The position numbers and the translations under genes are program-made. DNA of 64,000 bases from assembly GCA_051362555.1 (NCBI GenBank), contig CM120640.1, positions 63,962,788-64,026,787 of the forward strand. The letters run 5' to 3'. Below are positions 51,001 to 64,000 of this stretch, piece after piece. The notes under the pieces are model-generated. The model was not told where the DNA came from. It saw nothing but the letters and a program-made list of their open reading frames with translations, and ran no database searches. This DNA is from Lingula anatina (taxonomy: Eukaryota > Animalia > Brachiopoda). How positions within the stretch are numbered: position 1 is the first letter of the stretch; each line of letters opens with the position of its first letter.

Positions 51001-54000
51001 ATAAACTGTGGTGTTGGAAAACACAGCCAAAGTTTGGGAATTCTCCAGCATATTATCTGCCATGAGCCTGGACTGGGCTATTGTTTTGGAGCTTAAGTAG
51101 TGCAAGGATCACTGTGTCGCTGATGGTCAAGCGGCCACTTGAAGGCTACTATCTCTGTCATCCTATATCTTTACAGTGCATTATTATTATAGTTCTGATT
51201 GTGCGACAAGACCCTGCTTGTAGGAAACCACCTTCAAATTTTGGAGATAGTTTGCCTAGATAAAGTAACCTTCAGTGTATTATAGAGTAGCATACCTGGT
51301 GGCTGTGTCATAAGCTGAAGAATTTTTCCAGTGACAGGGATTTTGCATTGCATACATAGTCATGGTAGGTGGAAAGAAACATATGTCTATTTTGCCTCTT
51401 AAGGCAAGGTACAATTAATTTTTAGCCTTGAGTAAGCATCATAAAAATGCTTATGGGTTTTACAGAGCGTGATTATACTTGTAACTATAAAAGTGTGAAA
51501 AGGTAAAATCTTCTTGTTTTAATATCGGTATATAGAGGTACTCTCAAAGTTAATGGGTAGCCAGTGGTCAATATGATGGGAAAAATTAGATTTATACAGT
51601 AAGATCAATTTTTACCACATCACCACATTCAGGATGATGTATTTGTGTGTTTATATCTGTTGCTAAGGATGCCACTTCATCAAGTGTTAACCGTTAATTA
51701 TATATGGCCCAGAGATTTAATAATGAGATGAAGGTGTGGTTATTTTGTACATGCATCTTGTCTGGATAACTAGGTAAGTAGAAATAGTAGGAAAAATATA
51801 CAGAATACAGTGAATAACAGGCCATAACTGGTGGTGTGGTGAAGCTGTTTTTGGTGTTTCTTACACAGAATGATGACTCATAATGATAGATCTGTTGAAC
51901 ATCAGAGAAATAAGGTAGGGAAAGAATTATTGCCCCTCACATTCAGTAAATGTATTTTCACATCTGTTACTATAACTTCTATTAAATATACTTCTATCTT
52001 AACATGAACTTCAATATTTGGTCAGGAGGGTTTCACATTTTGCATGATGTTTATATTATATTATATTATATTTTATATTTTTCATAGCATAAACATAGCT
52101 TATATTTCAAAATAAACATTGAGTGATTAGTTGTAGATTTCCCCTGTAATTTGGATATCTATTTTACTGTTTAATGATTTTTACTGACAACTTAGTTAAA
52201 AAAAGGAAAAAAATCCTGACTGAAACACTGCACATCACCCTATAGTGAAAAATGGCTTGACACCCAGTTTGTGGTTTACATGACCCCATAAGATTTCAGC
52301 AGTGGATATAAAGGAAAATGTATTATATTTAATTTGATGAACTTAGAACTATGATGATTTTAGCAGATATTTTCATCTGGTTTTGTTTTAAAATTAGGCT
52401 TTGGTGTTTTTGTACTTGTTTTATAGCTAACAAGCATATCTAAAAGTATGTACTGGACCACCTTAAGTGGTAGTCAGACTTAAATACGTAAAATTATTGA
52501 ATTGCAGGGGGAATATACTGACATAAACAATGTCCTAATGATACGTGATTGAGATGTTCTTTCATTGAAACGGCAGTCACTGGGTCAAAATTGTAATTTT
52601 TGCTTGTCAGCAGGGTTGCTTTTGTTTTATGGCACATTTTCCACAAATGTGACATGGTATAATTTATAATTATCCACTTTTCTAAATGCAGCTGGCTCAT
52701 TTTTTATGTGAGCAGCAACAAATAATCATTATGTCTAAGATACTAAAAATGTTTTGTTCAGTTTCTTTGAATCCACTGCTATTTTGAACACCTTTAAATA
52801 TGTGCAGGACAGATGAGTACATTGATTAAGTTACTAGTAGCTTAATCCTAACTCAAGGCAATTATGATGGTAATACATTTATTAAATAAACTCCACTCAA
52901 AGTGAGTTACATATGATGTGATAGGAGCTGCCATCTGCTTGTAATTGTACTGTCATTTTTTTCATTATATCTTTGCTGGCATTTATTGCTTTGTTCTTTT
53001 GAATATATTTTATCGCCATATATTTTAACAAAGTTAAGATATACCCCCAGGGCACCATAATGACAACAATTTTGTAAATAAACAATTTTGCAGACAAGAA
53101 GTATTTTATTGGTAGTAGGGTTTTTTGTTGTTGTTGAAATGGTCTGGCAATTAACATTTTGGAATAAATAAATAATGACAGAAATTGCTAGGAAATGAGT
53201 GAATATAGTCAGAGCAAGGTCAATTTTGAATTCATTGTCCTTGTTCTGATGTCCACAAATAGAAATAAACCCATGTGATTCCCTCAGTAAGAAGTGATAT
53301 TAGCAAGTAAACAGAAGTAGTATTATATTATAATCTAGTACATATATATGGTTAGTATGCATGAAGTACTCCAGTATACAGGTTTTGTAGTTCTTTATGT
53401 AGAATAGAAATGGAGCATAAAACACAAGGATGAAAAATCGATAGTGACAAAATGGGAAAAAGGGGCCTTAATAATCTCCTAATGAGAAGTAAATTGTCTC
53501 CTGCTGGCAGGAAAAGAGCACATCTGTTCACATCTATCAGTGTTATATTTGCCATGAGACAGTAGCTGTATTCATGTGGTGACAGATAGTGCTGGTTTTG
53601 GTCAGGTGTTTGAGACTGATATACACTGTGTTGAAACACCTGCTGCTGCTGCTGACATTCCATGCAGGAAGTATAAGGTATGTCCATGGTTAAGACCCAG
53701 TAAGGCACAGATGCCCATAACCAGTTGATCAACATAGAAGGTGGTCAACCAGCTGAAGTCTTGATGGTGAGGAATCAATATCTAGATGGGTTTGAGTATA
53801 TGAAGTCCAACTCTTATAAGGGTTTATTATGGGTTGAATGAGAGCTGGGACATGTCCACTGAATTTCTTCAATAGATATACTTATATCAGACTGGATGAT
53901 TTTTATCTGTTTGTGAGTGCTGTGTTTGCTCAGTATTGCAGACCCTGATTATCAGCTCTATTTGGTTGTTTGTTGTTGACTAACAAGGTCATGCTGCTTC

Positions 54001-54376
54001 TAAATATAGGGCATTAATATTCATCTTTTGTTTTATTTATTTATTTATTTATTTTTTATTTTATTTATTTTTTCTTTATTGCAAAAATTTCCTAATGGCT
54101 GTAGGTTCAGGGTATGATTTGGTATATGTCTTAATATTTGGAAAACAGAATGTTTTCACCACATTTTTGTTCTCTTTCACAGGCGCATTTAGATATCTGT
54201 CGCTATGATGCTGTGCCGTGTCCCAACCAGTGTGCCGCCATGTTGTCCAGAATCTGTCTCCAGGACCATCTAGAATACACCTGTCACAAGAGAAGGGTCA
54301 CCTGTGACTTCTGTGGCATTGAATTCTCCGGTGAACAGATGGATGTAAGTTAAACCAGATTCACTAATGCAGTCAT

Positions 54377-54429
<53 letters not shown>

Positions 54430-56784
54430 ACAATAAATAAAATAATTTCTTTTTTTTTTTTCGTATTTCTGTATGGATCTTTTCCCTTCATTTGAAGATC
54501 AGATATGAAGAATATTATCACTGATTTTCTTCTGCCAGTTGAATGATAAAAATGAGTTAATGATTTACTCCTTAACTGTGATAATGGCATTTGTTGTTTG
54601 TATACTGATAAGACTAAAGTCTCTTTGGCTGTGGGTTGTAAAAGTGAAGTTTTATTTATTGACTAAAATATCGGTTGTTACTATAAACTCCTTCCTACTG
54701 CAAAACAAAGATGGGAACTTCAGCATGAAAGATGGCTACCCATATTGTTCATACCCATCTGTTCCATTCAGTATGCGTTAGAGTAATATTTCCATGTCAC
54801 TTAATGAAACCTTCTGAGAATGTTATTGCTCTTGTGTATGAATAGGCTTGCTACTTAATGAAATAATGGTTTTTGTCCTGCAAGGATAAATGAATTCATT
54901 ATTAGCAATGGAGTAGCCTTAGCAATCAAGAGGACTAGGTGATTTTGCTGTAGTGTTTGGTTTTAAAGATTAAATGGTTTACAATTCATACAGAAAAAAA
55001 TCTTTGATGATATATCACTTAACCAAATATTTATAATGTATGTTTTAACCAGCTTTACACTTTGAAACTGTGTAATATCAACAGTGGCTATTGAAATAAA
55101 CAGCATAATAAGATCATGCTCTCCCCATTGCACAAGTGTAGTCTAAAGACCAGACACACGATCGGTGTTAGATTAAACATTAATAGCTATGACTAATAAA
55201 TCAATTTATTATTGATTTTTTTATTGAATAGAACCATGATGGGGAATGTGGCTATGAGACAGTGTGGTGTGAGAATAAATGTGGTGCTAGGCTTCAGCGG
55301 AGATTCCTCAATAACCACATGAAAAATGAATGCCACAAGAGGCTGGCCATGTGTTTGTTCTGTCATAAGGAGTTTGTGTTTGAGACATTGCAGGTGAGAT
55401 CTCATAAACTATTAACACAAAAACACAAAAACAATTGAATATGTATATAACCTTTTTCAGACCGACAGAATATTTTAATTTAGCATCATTCACACATTTG
55501 AGTTAATCCTTTATGTGACAAAGGTGTAGTATCTTGAGTAAATGCAGTACTTGAGATAATTTGACAACATATTAAACTTGTCAAAAATGTTTCAATTTCT
55601 AATTGAGCCATTCTCTGTTACAGTAATATTTAAGACATCTCAGAAAGCAATATTTTAACAGACTTATAGCAATAAATAAATAAGGATTGAAGGAATTTTA
55701 TTTAAAGGAGCTCTCCATTACTTTTAGACCCATCAGCATACCTGTCCCCGTTTCCCTATATCATGTCCCAACCGCTGTGACCCCACCAAGATCCCCAGAG
55801 AGGATATCGAGAAGCATGTCGCAGAGTCCTGCCCCTCAGCATCTGTTCCTTGTGTCTTTAAAGAGGCTGGTTGCAAATACAGGGTAAGTAAAAGGCATGG
55901 CCTAACCAGCTTTGAAAGTTGTATTTTACACATAGTTGGATATTCACAGTATGTTGAAGAGTTATTTTCTCTTTTCGCCAGCAAAAGCACAGTCAAAATG
56001 AGTTTTGAGGAAAACTAAAGATTGTTTATAATTTTATGTCAGTATAAGTAATTGGCAGATGATATGTATATGTTGACAACAATTTGATTATAAATTTGAT
56101 ACATGACATATATATTAATTTGAATATATAATCTTGAAAATTGTTCTATCATTATCACGAATCCTTTCACAGTGCCCCAGATTCAGCCTAGACAAACACT
56201 TGGACGAGTTCACCAAAGCACACCTCAGTCTTATGGGCAACCTTGTCTTGCGCCAGCAGCAGGAAATAAAACAGCTCAGGGCAGACTTACAGGCTGCAGG
56301 AAGCAACACAAATGGTGTTCTTTTGTGGAAGATCCCAAACTTTAAGACCAAATTGGCAGAAGCCAAGCAAAAGAGCATGGAGTTGGTGAGCGTGCCTTTT
56401 CATGCTGGTGACAATGGATATAAACTGGCAGCCTCAGTTTTCATCAATGGCAATGGATCAGGAGAAGGAAAATACCTCTCACTCTACATCAAAATCCTTC
56501 AGGGGGAGTATGACAACTTGTTGGAATGGCCCTTTCAGTTACCGATCACCTTTACCATCTTTGACCAGTGTTCCATCTTGGAAAAGCGTGTGAACGTGAT
56601 TGAGAGTTTTCTGCCAGATACCACTTGGAAACATTTCCAGAAACCCTCAAAAGACCAGGAACCCATGGGGTTTGGCTATCCCAAGTTTGTGTCCCACGAA
56701 ACTCTCTTTACTAGGAACTATATCAAGGATGACACAGTATTTATCAAAGTGAATGTAGACACTGCCACCTTGTTGGGTCCTTAG
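29723..56784 (+). CDS. TRAF4: TNF receptor-associated factor 4 (RING, TRAF zinc fingers, MATH/TRAF-C), 463 aa
   Basis: Seven GT-AG exons: 29723-29865, 39080-39131, 49153-49257, 54183-54344, 55232-55393, 55728-55883, 56173-56784; total 1392 nt. MPGLDY..CPLCSLPMREPVQITVCGHRFCDSCLQEYL|EGIFKCPEDELPLDFAK|IYPD.. and MATH motifs GEYDNLLEWPF, GFGYPKFVSH are characteristic of TRAF4. Confidence 0.96.
30749..30923. mobile_element. MITE with CAGG termini and 5-bp TSD (hAT5-like)
   Basis: GGAAT|CAGGTCCGTAGC ... poly-C ... GCTACAGGCCTG|GGAAT. Confidence 0.7.
32820..32968. mobile_element. 149-bp near-perfect hairpin MITE with 5-bp TSD in TRAF4 intron 1
   Basis: ATATC|CAGGCCTACCCAACTACCAGACTCGGCACC ... GGTGCCGAGTCTGGTAGTTGGGTAGGCCTG|ATATC. 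Confidence 0.85.
42630..44499 (+). mobile_element. Helentron-associated (HINE-like) non-autonomous rolling-circle element with internal tandem array
   Basis: SubTIRs GTACCACCAGC (42633) / GCTGGTGGTAC (44450), 5' palindrome, 9-mer CGGCTCC(T/G)-type microsatellite, about 5 copies of a ~146-bp unit (43458-44180), 3' hairpin AGAGGCG-GTAT-CGCCTCT then CTAGTT. Confidence 0.8.
44978..45063. repeat. (AT)n microsatellite
   Basis: Perfect AT run; explains the spurious IYIYIY ORF. Confidence 0.95.
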
Positions 56785-56906
56785 ATAATAAGTACCTCAC
56801 CTGTTCACAGAGGTTATCACATTGTTTCTAGTTGCCAAAAAATTCATATAACAGACAAGGGGTATTGATATGAGTATAGCTATAGGTTATAGCTAGATTA
56901 CTCTTA

Positions 56907-57121
56907 GAGTGCATTCCCAGAGATTTAGATCAATCCATCTAGATAGACCTAACTCCCTGGGGGTTCATGCTAAATTGCTGTTAGCCGAGTGTGCACGATA
57001 GTTAATTACCCTCTTACATCTTTTAGTAGGCGGGACAGACGCTTAAGCCGGCTAAGCTGACAGTAATCTAGTGAGACTCCCCACAGGGATAGATCGCTCT
57101 AAAATCTATGGGAATGGGGTC
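56907..57121. mobile_element. Harbinger-like MITE about 120 bp after the TRAF4 stop codon
   Basis: TTA|GAGTGCATTCCC ... GGGAATGGGGTC|TTA; reverse complement of 10223-10437. Confidence 0.85.
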
Positions 57122-58817
57122 TTAATTTTGAATGTTGTTTTTATTTATATATTTAAGACTGATGTTGTGAAAGTAACACTTGAAAATGGTGAATGGCAGA
57201 AATTGAAGTAGTGGGTCTATGTGGATACCAGGACAGCCTATTTATTTTGTCTTAGGTGGAATGGACTGTTCCTCTTTACAAGAATCATGGTGCTATATTT
57301 TATTGTTCACATTTTGTCCAAGATGCTCACAGTCTTATACTGGTACCCACACAGTCCATATTTGATAGTATTTGTTACAAGTACTTTCCTGGAGGAAGTA
57401 TTGCAATATTTGAATTATTTAGGCATATTCTTTTTTATGCTGATTGACTCCTTAATCTATAGCAGATAGGGTAGCACATGTTATGTATACAGTGGATTTC
57501 ACTTGGAAGGGAACATAGATAGCAATATTATTTTTCCATCCATATTTTACTAATCTGTTAGGCTCTGTAACTCGCATGTTTATCATTGCTTTGATATTTT
57601 AAGGTTTTATTTGTTCAGTGCACATTATCAGTCCCAGTTTACAAAAAATGACACCTTCATCTAATTGTTGTGTGCCTTGAAATGTGCATGGCCTACATTA
57701 GCAATTTAACAATTATCCCTTATTATGCAGTGTGTAAATTTGTTGTATATCATATGTTAAGACCATTTTGCAGTAGGAAAAAAGGTTATATAGCTAGTTT
57801 AAGCTAATAAGGATTATGCCTCATAAAGTATGCTAGGGAAAAATTATTTAGAGCATGTTCAGTGGCAAAGATTTTTATAAGACAGTGGCTTACTGCAGCA
57901 AGTTGCAATGGATTAAAATTATTTTAAAAACTTCAATGACAAATTTTTCTTTTGTTTGTTGTAATGTGATTTCATTATACTAAACTTGTTAAGATTGAAT
58001 TAATTTGAGTGGTCTAAATTATGTTACTTACATTTTGATAAATTAACATCTGTCAATTTTTTGAGGCAAGGGTCTTTTAATCCAGGCATTTTGTATTGGT
58101 TGGGGCAGTAAAGTACTACATAATTCCTTTAGTAATACTCTTATAAGTCTCTTATGGATTTTTGTATTTCAGTTCAATGGTTTTGGCTATTAATGTGTAG
58201 GTATTAGTAAACCTAAAACATGTATTGGCTTCACACCTACGGGTAAAAAAATTACATTGAATAGTTTAAATGGTGCTTTGTGGTACATGCTTTTTGGTTA
58301 GACAAATGAGAAAACCAGTATGGTTTCTGCTCATGAGAATAATGCTTAATTTGTGTAATAAGATACAAGATATATTCACATATATATTTGTGGAATGAAT
58401 TGTAAGATTGACTCTTTGAGAGCATAATATTGCACGACAAATCAGATGTACAGTGTAGGATCCTTGATGTCGTCTGCAAATGCTGGATGTTGTATGTGTG
58501 TTAAATGGCGATGGCTAATGATTGTCATGATAGAAAAAAAATGTTGTTCATTTTCTTTCGGGGACATTTTGAGCTGGTTCTCAATGGAGCCTTAAAAAAT
58601 TGGAACCTATCATTTCGTGGAATATTTAGTTTTCAAATTATGCTTCTATCCAGTGATTTTTAATTCGTTAAATTTCTTTGTACGGCTTTGTATATCTTCT
58701 TTTGAGATTTTTTTTGTCTTTAAGTCTACGAAAAAGTGTAATATTACATGTCATGGACTTGTATGGTACATTATGTGGCATGGTATTAGTTGGTTTATTT
58801 GTTTGTATATTACATAT

Positions 58818-58823
58818 AATAAA
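58818..58823 (+). terminator. Candidate TRAF4 polyadenylation signal
   Basis: AATAAA after about 2 kb of T-rich UTR-like sequence, near where CpG density recovers. Confidence 0.35.
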
Positions 58824-61800
58824 GGTCATTTGTGATTTAACAACATTGTTTTAAATGCTTTTAATGAATTCAAACAAAATTGCTCAAAATTTTGAATGAC
58901 AGACATTAAGGATAATGATATTAATATGGAATCATTTATATAAAAAAGAAAGGATGTCTGATACACAGCATCTCCCATACAGATAAAGTACATGGGACTG
59001 AAATCAAATTCCCTGGCCAAAAGAAAGACCTCAACATTAAGTCCATGTTTAAAGACAGTTTGCATGGTATATCTTTTTTGAAAAAAAAAAATGTGAAATT
59101 ATTCTGTTTCTCGGGCATACACGATTTCAAACAAGGAGAACAACTCTGCATGTTCATAATCATCATTTTTAAGTGTAGATGTCTCCTAGAGATGCAAATG
59201 CATCCATGATTAAATTTGCGCTCAACTATCGCAACGGAAAATTGGCTTGAAGGACAGCGAAAGTATCCATTTTAATTGTATTAGAGTGTATTACACCACC
59301 CGTCCTGTGCTTTATAACATCGGTATGCTATTTTGTTTCGTAAAAAATCTGTTTTTTTTTTTTTTTTTTTTTTTTTTTTGACACAAACTTATCAAAAAGT
59401 ATGCCAATATTCAGCGATTTTGTGGATAATGATATCGGTCCCCTGAATAAACCCATACCAAGAATGAATGCAATGGAAATACGATATCAATATTGTCATC
59501 CACAACAAAATGTAACTTGAAGCATTTCTGTCTGTTGTACACACACAAAAAAAAAAAAATGGTGATAGCTTTGACACAATTGTCTTATCTAGTAAAAGTG
59601 CAGTTTTACCCTCCCCACACCCACGACCACTTTTTGATCACGGCTGACACTCCGTAATGGTCAGAAAGAGTATAATTCTGGTTAGCTATGTTGGAATCGA
59701 GAACCCTCTGGAAAAAGACAAAAAATAACATTAACTGCATCAGTTATTTCAATATCCTCGAGCTACAGTAACTAAACTGAGTCATTCATCTGAAACGACC
59801 ATCGTCGAAAAAATAGCATCCTTAAAGGACAATGTTCATGTAAAAATCCATTTCTCGAATTTTGAAGATACAGCACTCAATCTATACACTAGAGGTATGT
59901 TTTAATCGATCCCCGCCATTTAAAAATTATAAAAACAATCTATTAGTAGAAAAAAAGCGTTTTAGTAAACCTCACCTCAATATGCAAAAATGAAGCAACA
60001 GATCTGGGCCACGTGGTACTGTGACGACAATCACGATAAAGGTCTATGAGACTCAACTGAGCTCCATGGTGCGTACAGACGGAGAAGTTAATGAAAGTTG
60101 TGTTGAACGGAGTTGAGGAATTTTCGTTATGCCTCGGTGTGTTGCCGTGGGATTCACCAAAATTGCAGCTCTCGTTGACAATCTTTCTTTGTCTGTGACG
60201 GTCTTCCGTGACTTACTTACTAACTTCGGTGACAATAGTTGCGATGCTCTAGATCATGGTCACCTCAGGTGGTTTAGATCATATCAAGAGCTGGTAGTCT
60301 TTCAGATTAACTGTCGTCAGTTGGCAAACTTACTGATTGCTAATGCATTTTAAATGCATTGTAGTTGACCAAAACCTCGTTTACAACAAACCTGTTAATT
60401 ATGCACCGCTGCAATTCCCAAGCCAGGTAATAACAGGTATGAAACTCGTCTTGTGGGCTTTGATATTTTGCAATATATCTCCTTTATTTCATGGGGTTAT
60501 TTTATTGGTATTTGTAAATGACGTTAAATATCAATACTTAAACAATTAAGTTCAAACACGGTCGCGAACATTAATAAAAGAAATTGCTCTCAGGGTATCT
60601 TAAAGCTTCCGTGGAAGAAAACGTGTTGAGGAAAAACAGGAAAAAGAGCGTTATATTAAAGAAAAAATGGGAACTGCTATAATAAAATGGTTCGTTATCC
60701 TAATTCGTTTATGCTTTGAGGATTTGTTTCTGAAGATTATTTCATCTGAAATATTAAATAATTTAAAAGATTGATCATTTTATAACTTGAAACGCAAATT
60801 CTGCGTCAGTACGCAATTTTTTTTTTTTTTTTTTTTTTTTTTTGCAAATTTGTAAGCTTATAACACCGTGCTATAAAGATCTACTCAAGAAAAAAATTTG
60901 CTTGGGTAAAATTGAGTACGGAATGAACTGGAGACACTTGGCTTGTCGTTAAGTTTACACGAAAATATGTCAGGTAACTTTATACTGTCTTTGAAAGAGT
61001 AAAGATTGAAAGATAATTTTAGACAAACTTTGACGGGGGAAATACCTACAAAGAGTAATGGGCTATTTCGCCAACATCTTGTTGAAAATTTTACACTGCA
61101 ATTCTATTCAAATAAGCTAAGGAACTAATTGCCAAATTAATACTCTCATCACATAACAGGGGGGTAACCAGACCTGCAAAAATTGTACGCACATATTTAA
61201 AAAGATTACAAGCACATACAGCAAAATGTAGACCTACGCAAAACATGAAGGACAGCGTAATCACAGCAAATGTACCTCATATAGTAGCTTTATTTCCATT
61301 AATAATAAAATCATCATTTAAGTCAAAAATATTCTTGCAATTTAATAACTATTTTAATTTACCCAGAACGGTATATTTATTTTAAAGGCGGTTAACTGAA
61401 ATATAGTTTTATGATTTGTTTGTGAAAATTGCCCATGTCACCCTGTTAGTTTGGAGGTCTAAGCTGGATCAAGTCCGTGTTAAAATTCCTATGAAGTTGT
61501 GCAGGAAAAATTCTTCCTTTCTTTCTCTAGCTCCTCGATAAACCTGGTGTTCAGATTTTATCTAGTACCCCCAGGTCTACGGGAGCTGCGCTTTGTAACT
61601 AACGCACAGGTAGATTTTTACCTGAGATAACTGGAGTAAAGCTTAGATAGAGAGTGCGTTCGATACAAGCAAGACAAATTGAATGCCATTTAACCCTCTA
61701 ATTAAGAGGTAAAGGAAGTTCCAGTTAGATGGATGATTAAGATAGGACTTGTAAAGGTAACGGGCATTGTTTACCTCAGTTTAATAAAAGTATGCAAGAC

Positions 61801-62305
61801 GGAGTGTCAGCGGTTTAATAAAATAAATTGAATTTCACAAATAACATGGACCTCATATGCAATAATCAACATTTCCCTTAACTCATTCAAATGCAGTGTT
61901 TTATACAACTTGGGATAACCATAATGAAATGATTGTTAAAGAAATGACTAGACGGGAAATGGTTTTACACAGCTTCACGAGGATTTAGACCCCTCGGGTA
62001 AGAGATTTGTATGAGTATAAACTTTTATCAGAAGTCAGAGAAGTCATCTTACATGTAGACAACGCAGCTCAGTTTGACAGCTAAGCACGCTCTGTTCTCC
62101 AGTGGCTCGATTGTCGTCATCGGACCACGTGACCACGTAGCTCATTAACTCCCATGCCGAGCAAATAGGACGTTTTTTAAAGCCAAAAATTTACAAAATG
62201 AGCTTTTAATTTGTGTATTTGGATAAAGATATCGTTAGTTGGGCATGTTTTCTGAAGAATATGTCCCGTTCAGGCCATTCTGACGGCATGAAGCAAACCC
62301 TTTAA

Positions 62306-64000
62306 TAGTAGGGGAGCCAAACTCCAAAAGCCTTCAAAAAAGGGTAGTAAAAAAAATTTAATGATATAAAATTTTCGAACATATCGTTGGAGAGCCTGAT
62401 ACCTGGGGTTTATGAATCTGCTTATTGGACAAATGGGCTCAATTGCGAAAGTGCCCAAAAATCCAAGATGGCCGCCAGCAATGGTGAATACAGAGAACAA
62501 GCATCAATTATGAAAAATGGTTGATATTTTCAGTTTCTTTAGGTTTAGATGTTTGTGTTGTCCATATGTTGTGGAAATATGTACTCTCTGGTGATCAATA
62601 GCTAAATTTAGTCAATTGGATTCAAAATGGCCGCTTTATCCAAGATGGCGGCCAATTTTTCACCATTTTTTGCAATTAAATAATGTTTGCTTTCATTTTG
62701 TATTATATTCAATTATTATTAAAGCAAACTGTTATCAAATATAGGTTGTCTACAATATTTCCTGCATTTCAAGTATCTGTTTACAGAATGATGGCTTGAT
62801 GGATAAGAGAAAAATCCAAGATGGCCGCCAGCCATGGTGAATACACAGAATAAGCATCAATTATGAAAAGTGATTAATATTTTTTTTTTGCTGAAGTCTA
62901 CATTACTTTTATTGTGTATATATTGTGGAAATATGCACTTCCTGGTGATCTGTAGCAATAATTTGACAACTGGGTCCAAAATGGCCTCATCATCCAAGAT
63001 GGCGGACAATATTTCACTATTTTTTGCAATTAAGTCATGTTTTCTTCAATCTAGAATTTCTTTTAAGAGTGATATAAGAAAAAACTGTCATAACATATAG
63101 CTTTTTTATAATATTTCACACATTTCTGTTGTCTGCATGCACTATGTAGGCTTTTTGATTAAGAGAAAAATCCAATATGGCTGCCACACACCCCTCACCA
63201 TAATGAGTCAGAAGCACAATGTATATCTTTTTGAAAGTTGAAATACCTTATTAAATGAAGTATATTTTATTTTTATTTTACAATATGCAGGTAAAGAACA
63301 ATTGCTTTAAATATTTCAAGGTAAATTTGAGATGGTGTCTTGACCCAAGATGGCTGCTTTATTCAAGATGGCGGCCAAAAATTTGGCAATTTTTGCAGTT
63401 AGGTCATGTTTTATTTAATCTAGAATTACTTTCAATCTTGATAAAAGCAACACACCATCAAATATAAGTTATGTACAGTATGACCTGTATTTCCTCTCTC
63501 TGTACAGTATTAATCTTTATAGTTAGAAAAAAATCCAACATGGCCACCATGCATGTCGACCGTTATGGCCCAAAGGTGCGCACAGCATGCACCTTATTTG
63601 CAAGATCAAATATCTTCTTCAATGAAGTATATTCCATGTTTCCTTTGCAATTTATTGGTAAAGGACAATTGCTTATTTTTTAATGTAAAGCTGAGACCAT
63701 ATCTTTTTTCAAAATGGCTTATTTATCCAAGATGGCTGCCTTTATTTTACCATTTTCGCAACTGAGGCACTTGTTCTATAATCTAGAAATTATTTCAAAC
63801 ATGGTAAAAGCAATATTTTAAGAAATATAAATTCTCCTAAATATCTCATACATTTTAATATTTGTAAAGAATATGATTAAGCCTTTTTCATTAGAGAAAA
63901 ATCCAATTTGGCTGCCATATACCCCTTACCATTACAAATCAATGGTACCATGTGTACTTTACTGATAGTTGAAATCTGTTATTTAATGTATATTTTTCAG
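62306..64000 (+). mobile_element. Left end of a large DNA transposon (Academ-like TAG terminus) with ~355-370-bp tandem units
   Basis: Starts TAGTAGGGGAGCCAAACTCCAAAA; units beginning AAAATCCAA(G/T/C)ATGGC-like at about 62458, 62812, 63168, 63530, 63898; runs off the window. Superfamily inferred from the terminus only. Confidence 0.6.

Noticed and set aside
53352-53735. 127-aa antisense ORF in TRAF4 intron 3
   Set aside because: No domain features; compatible with chance.

Overview
AT-rich, intron-containing animal DNA; the repeat and gene content suggest a marine invertebrate, possibly a lophotrochozoan (inference). Four spliced protein-coding genes were assembled by hand from GT-AG boundaries. 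(1) The first three exons of NDUFA13/GRIM-19 on the minus strand, missed by the ORF track; the gene continues off the left edge. (2) A 9-exon, 899-aa secreted protein made of two tandem GPR158/GPR179-type ectodomain units (Cache-like + EGF-like), joined by a Thr-rich/polybasic linker, with no 7TM domain and a GPI-signal-like tail. (3) A 2-exon single-cysteine-cluster Toll-like receptor whose TIR BB-loop Pro is replaced by Gly. (4) A 7-exon TRAF4 spanning 27 kb. The rest is introns plus many non-autonomous transposons with readable TIRs/TSDs. These include a nested stack upstream of NDUFA13, two inverted Mutator-like copies bracketing NDUFA13 exon 1, a Helentron-like element, a decayed LINE and a 33-bp P-element-footprint-like palindrome. 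All homology calls are from motif recognition; no database search was run.
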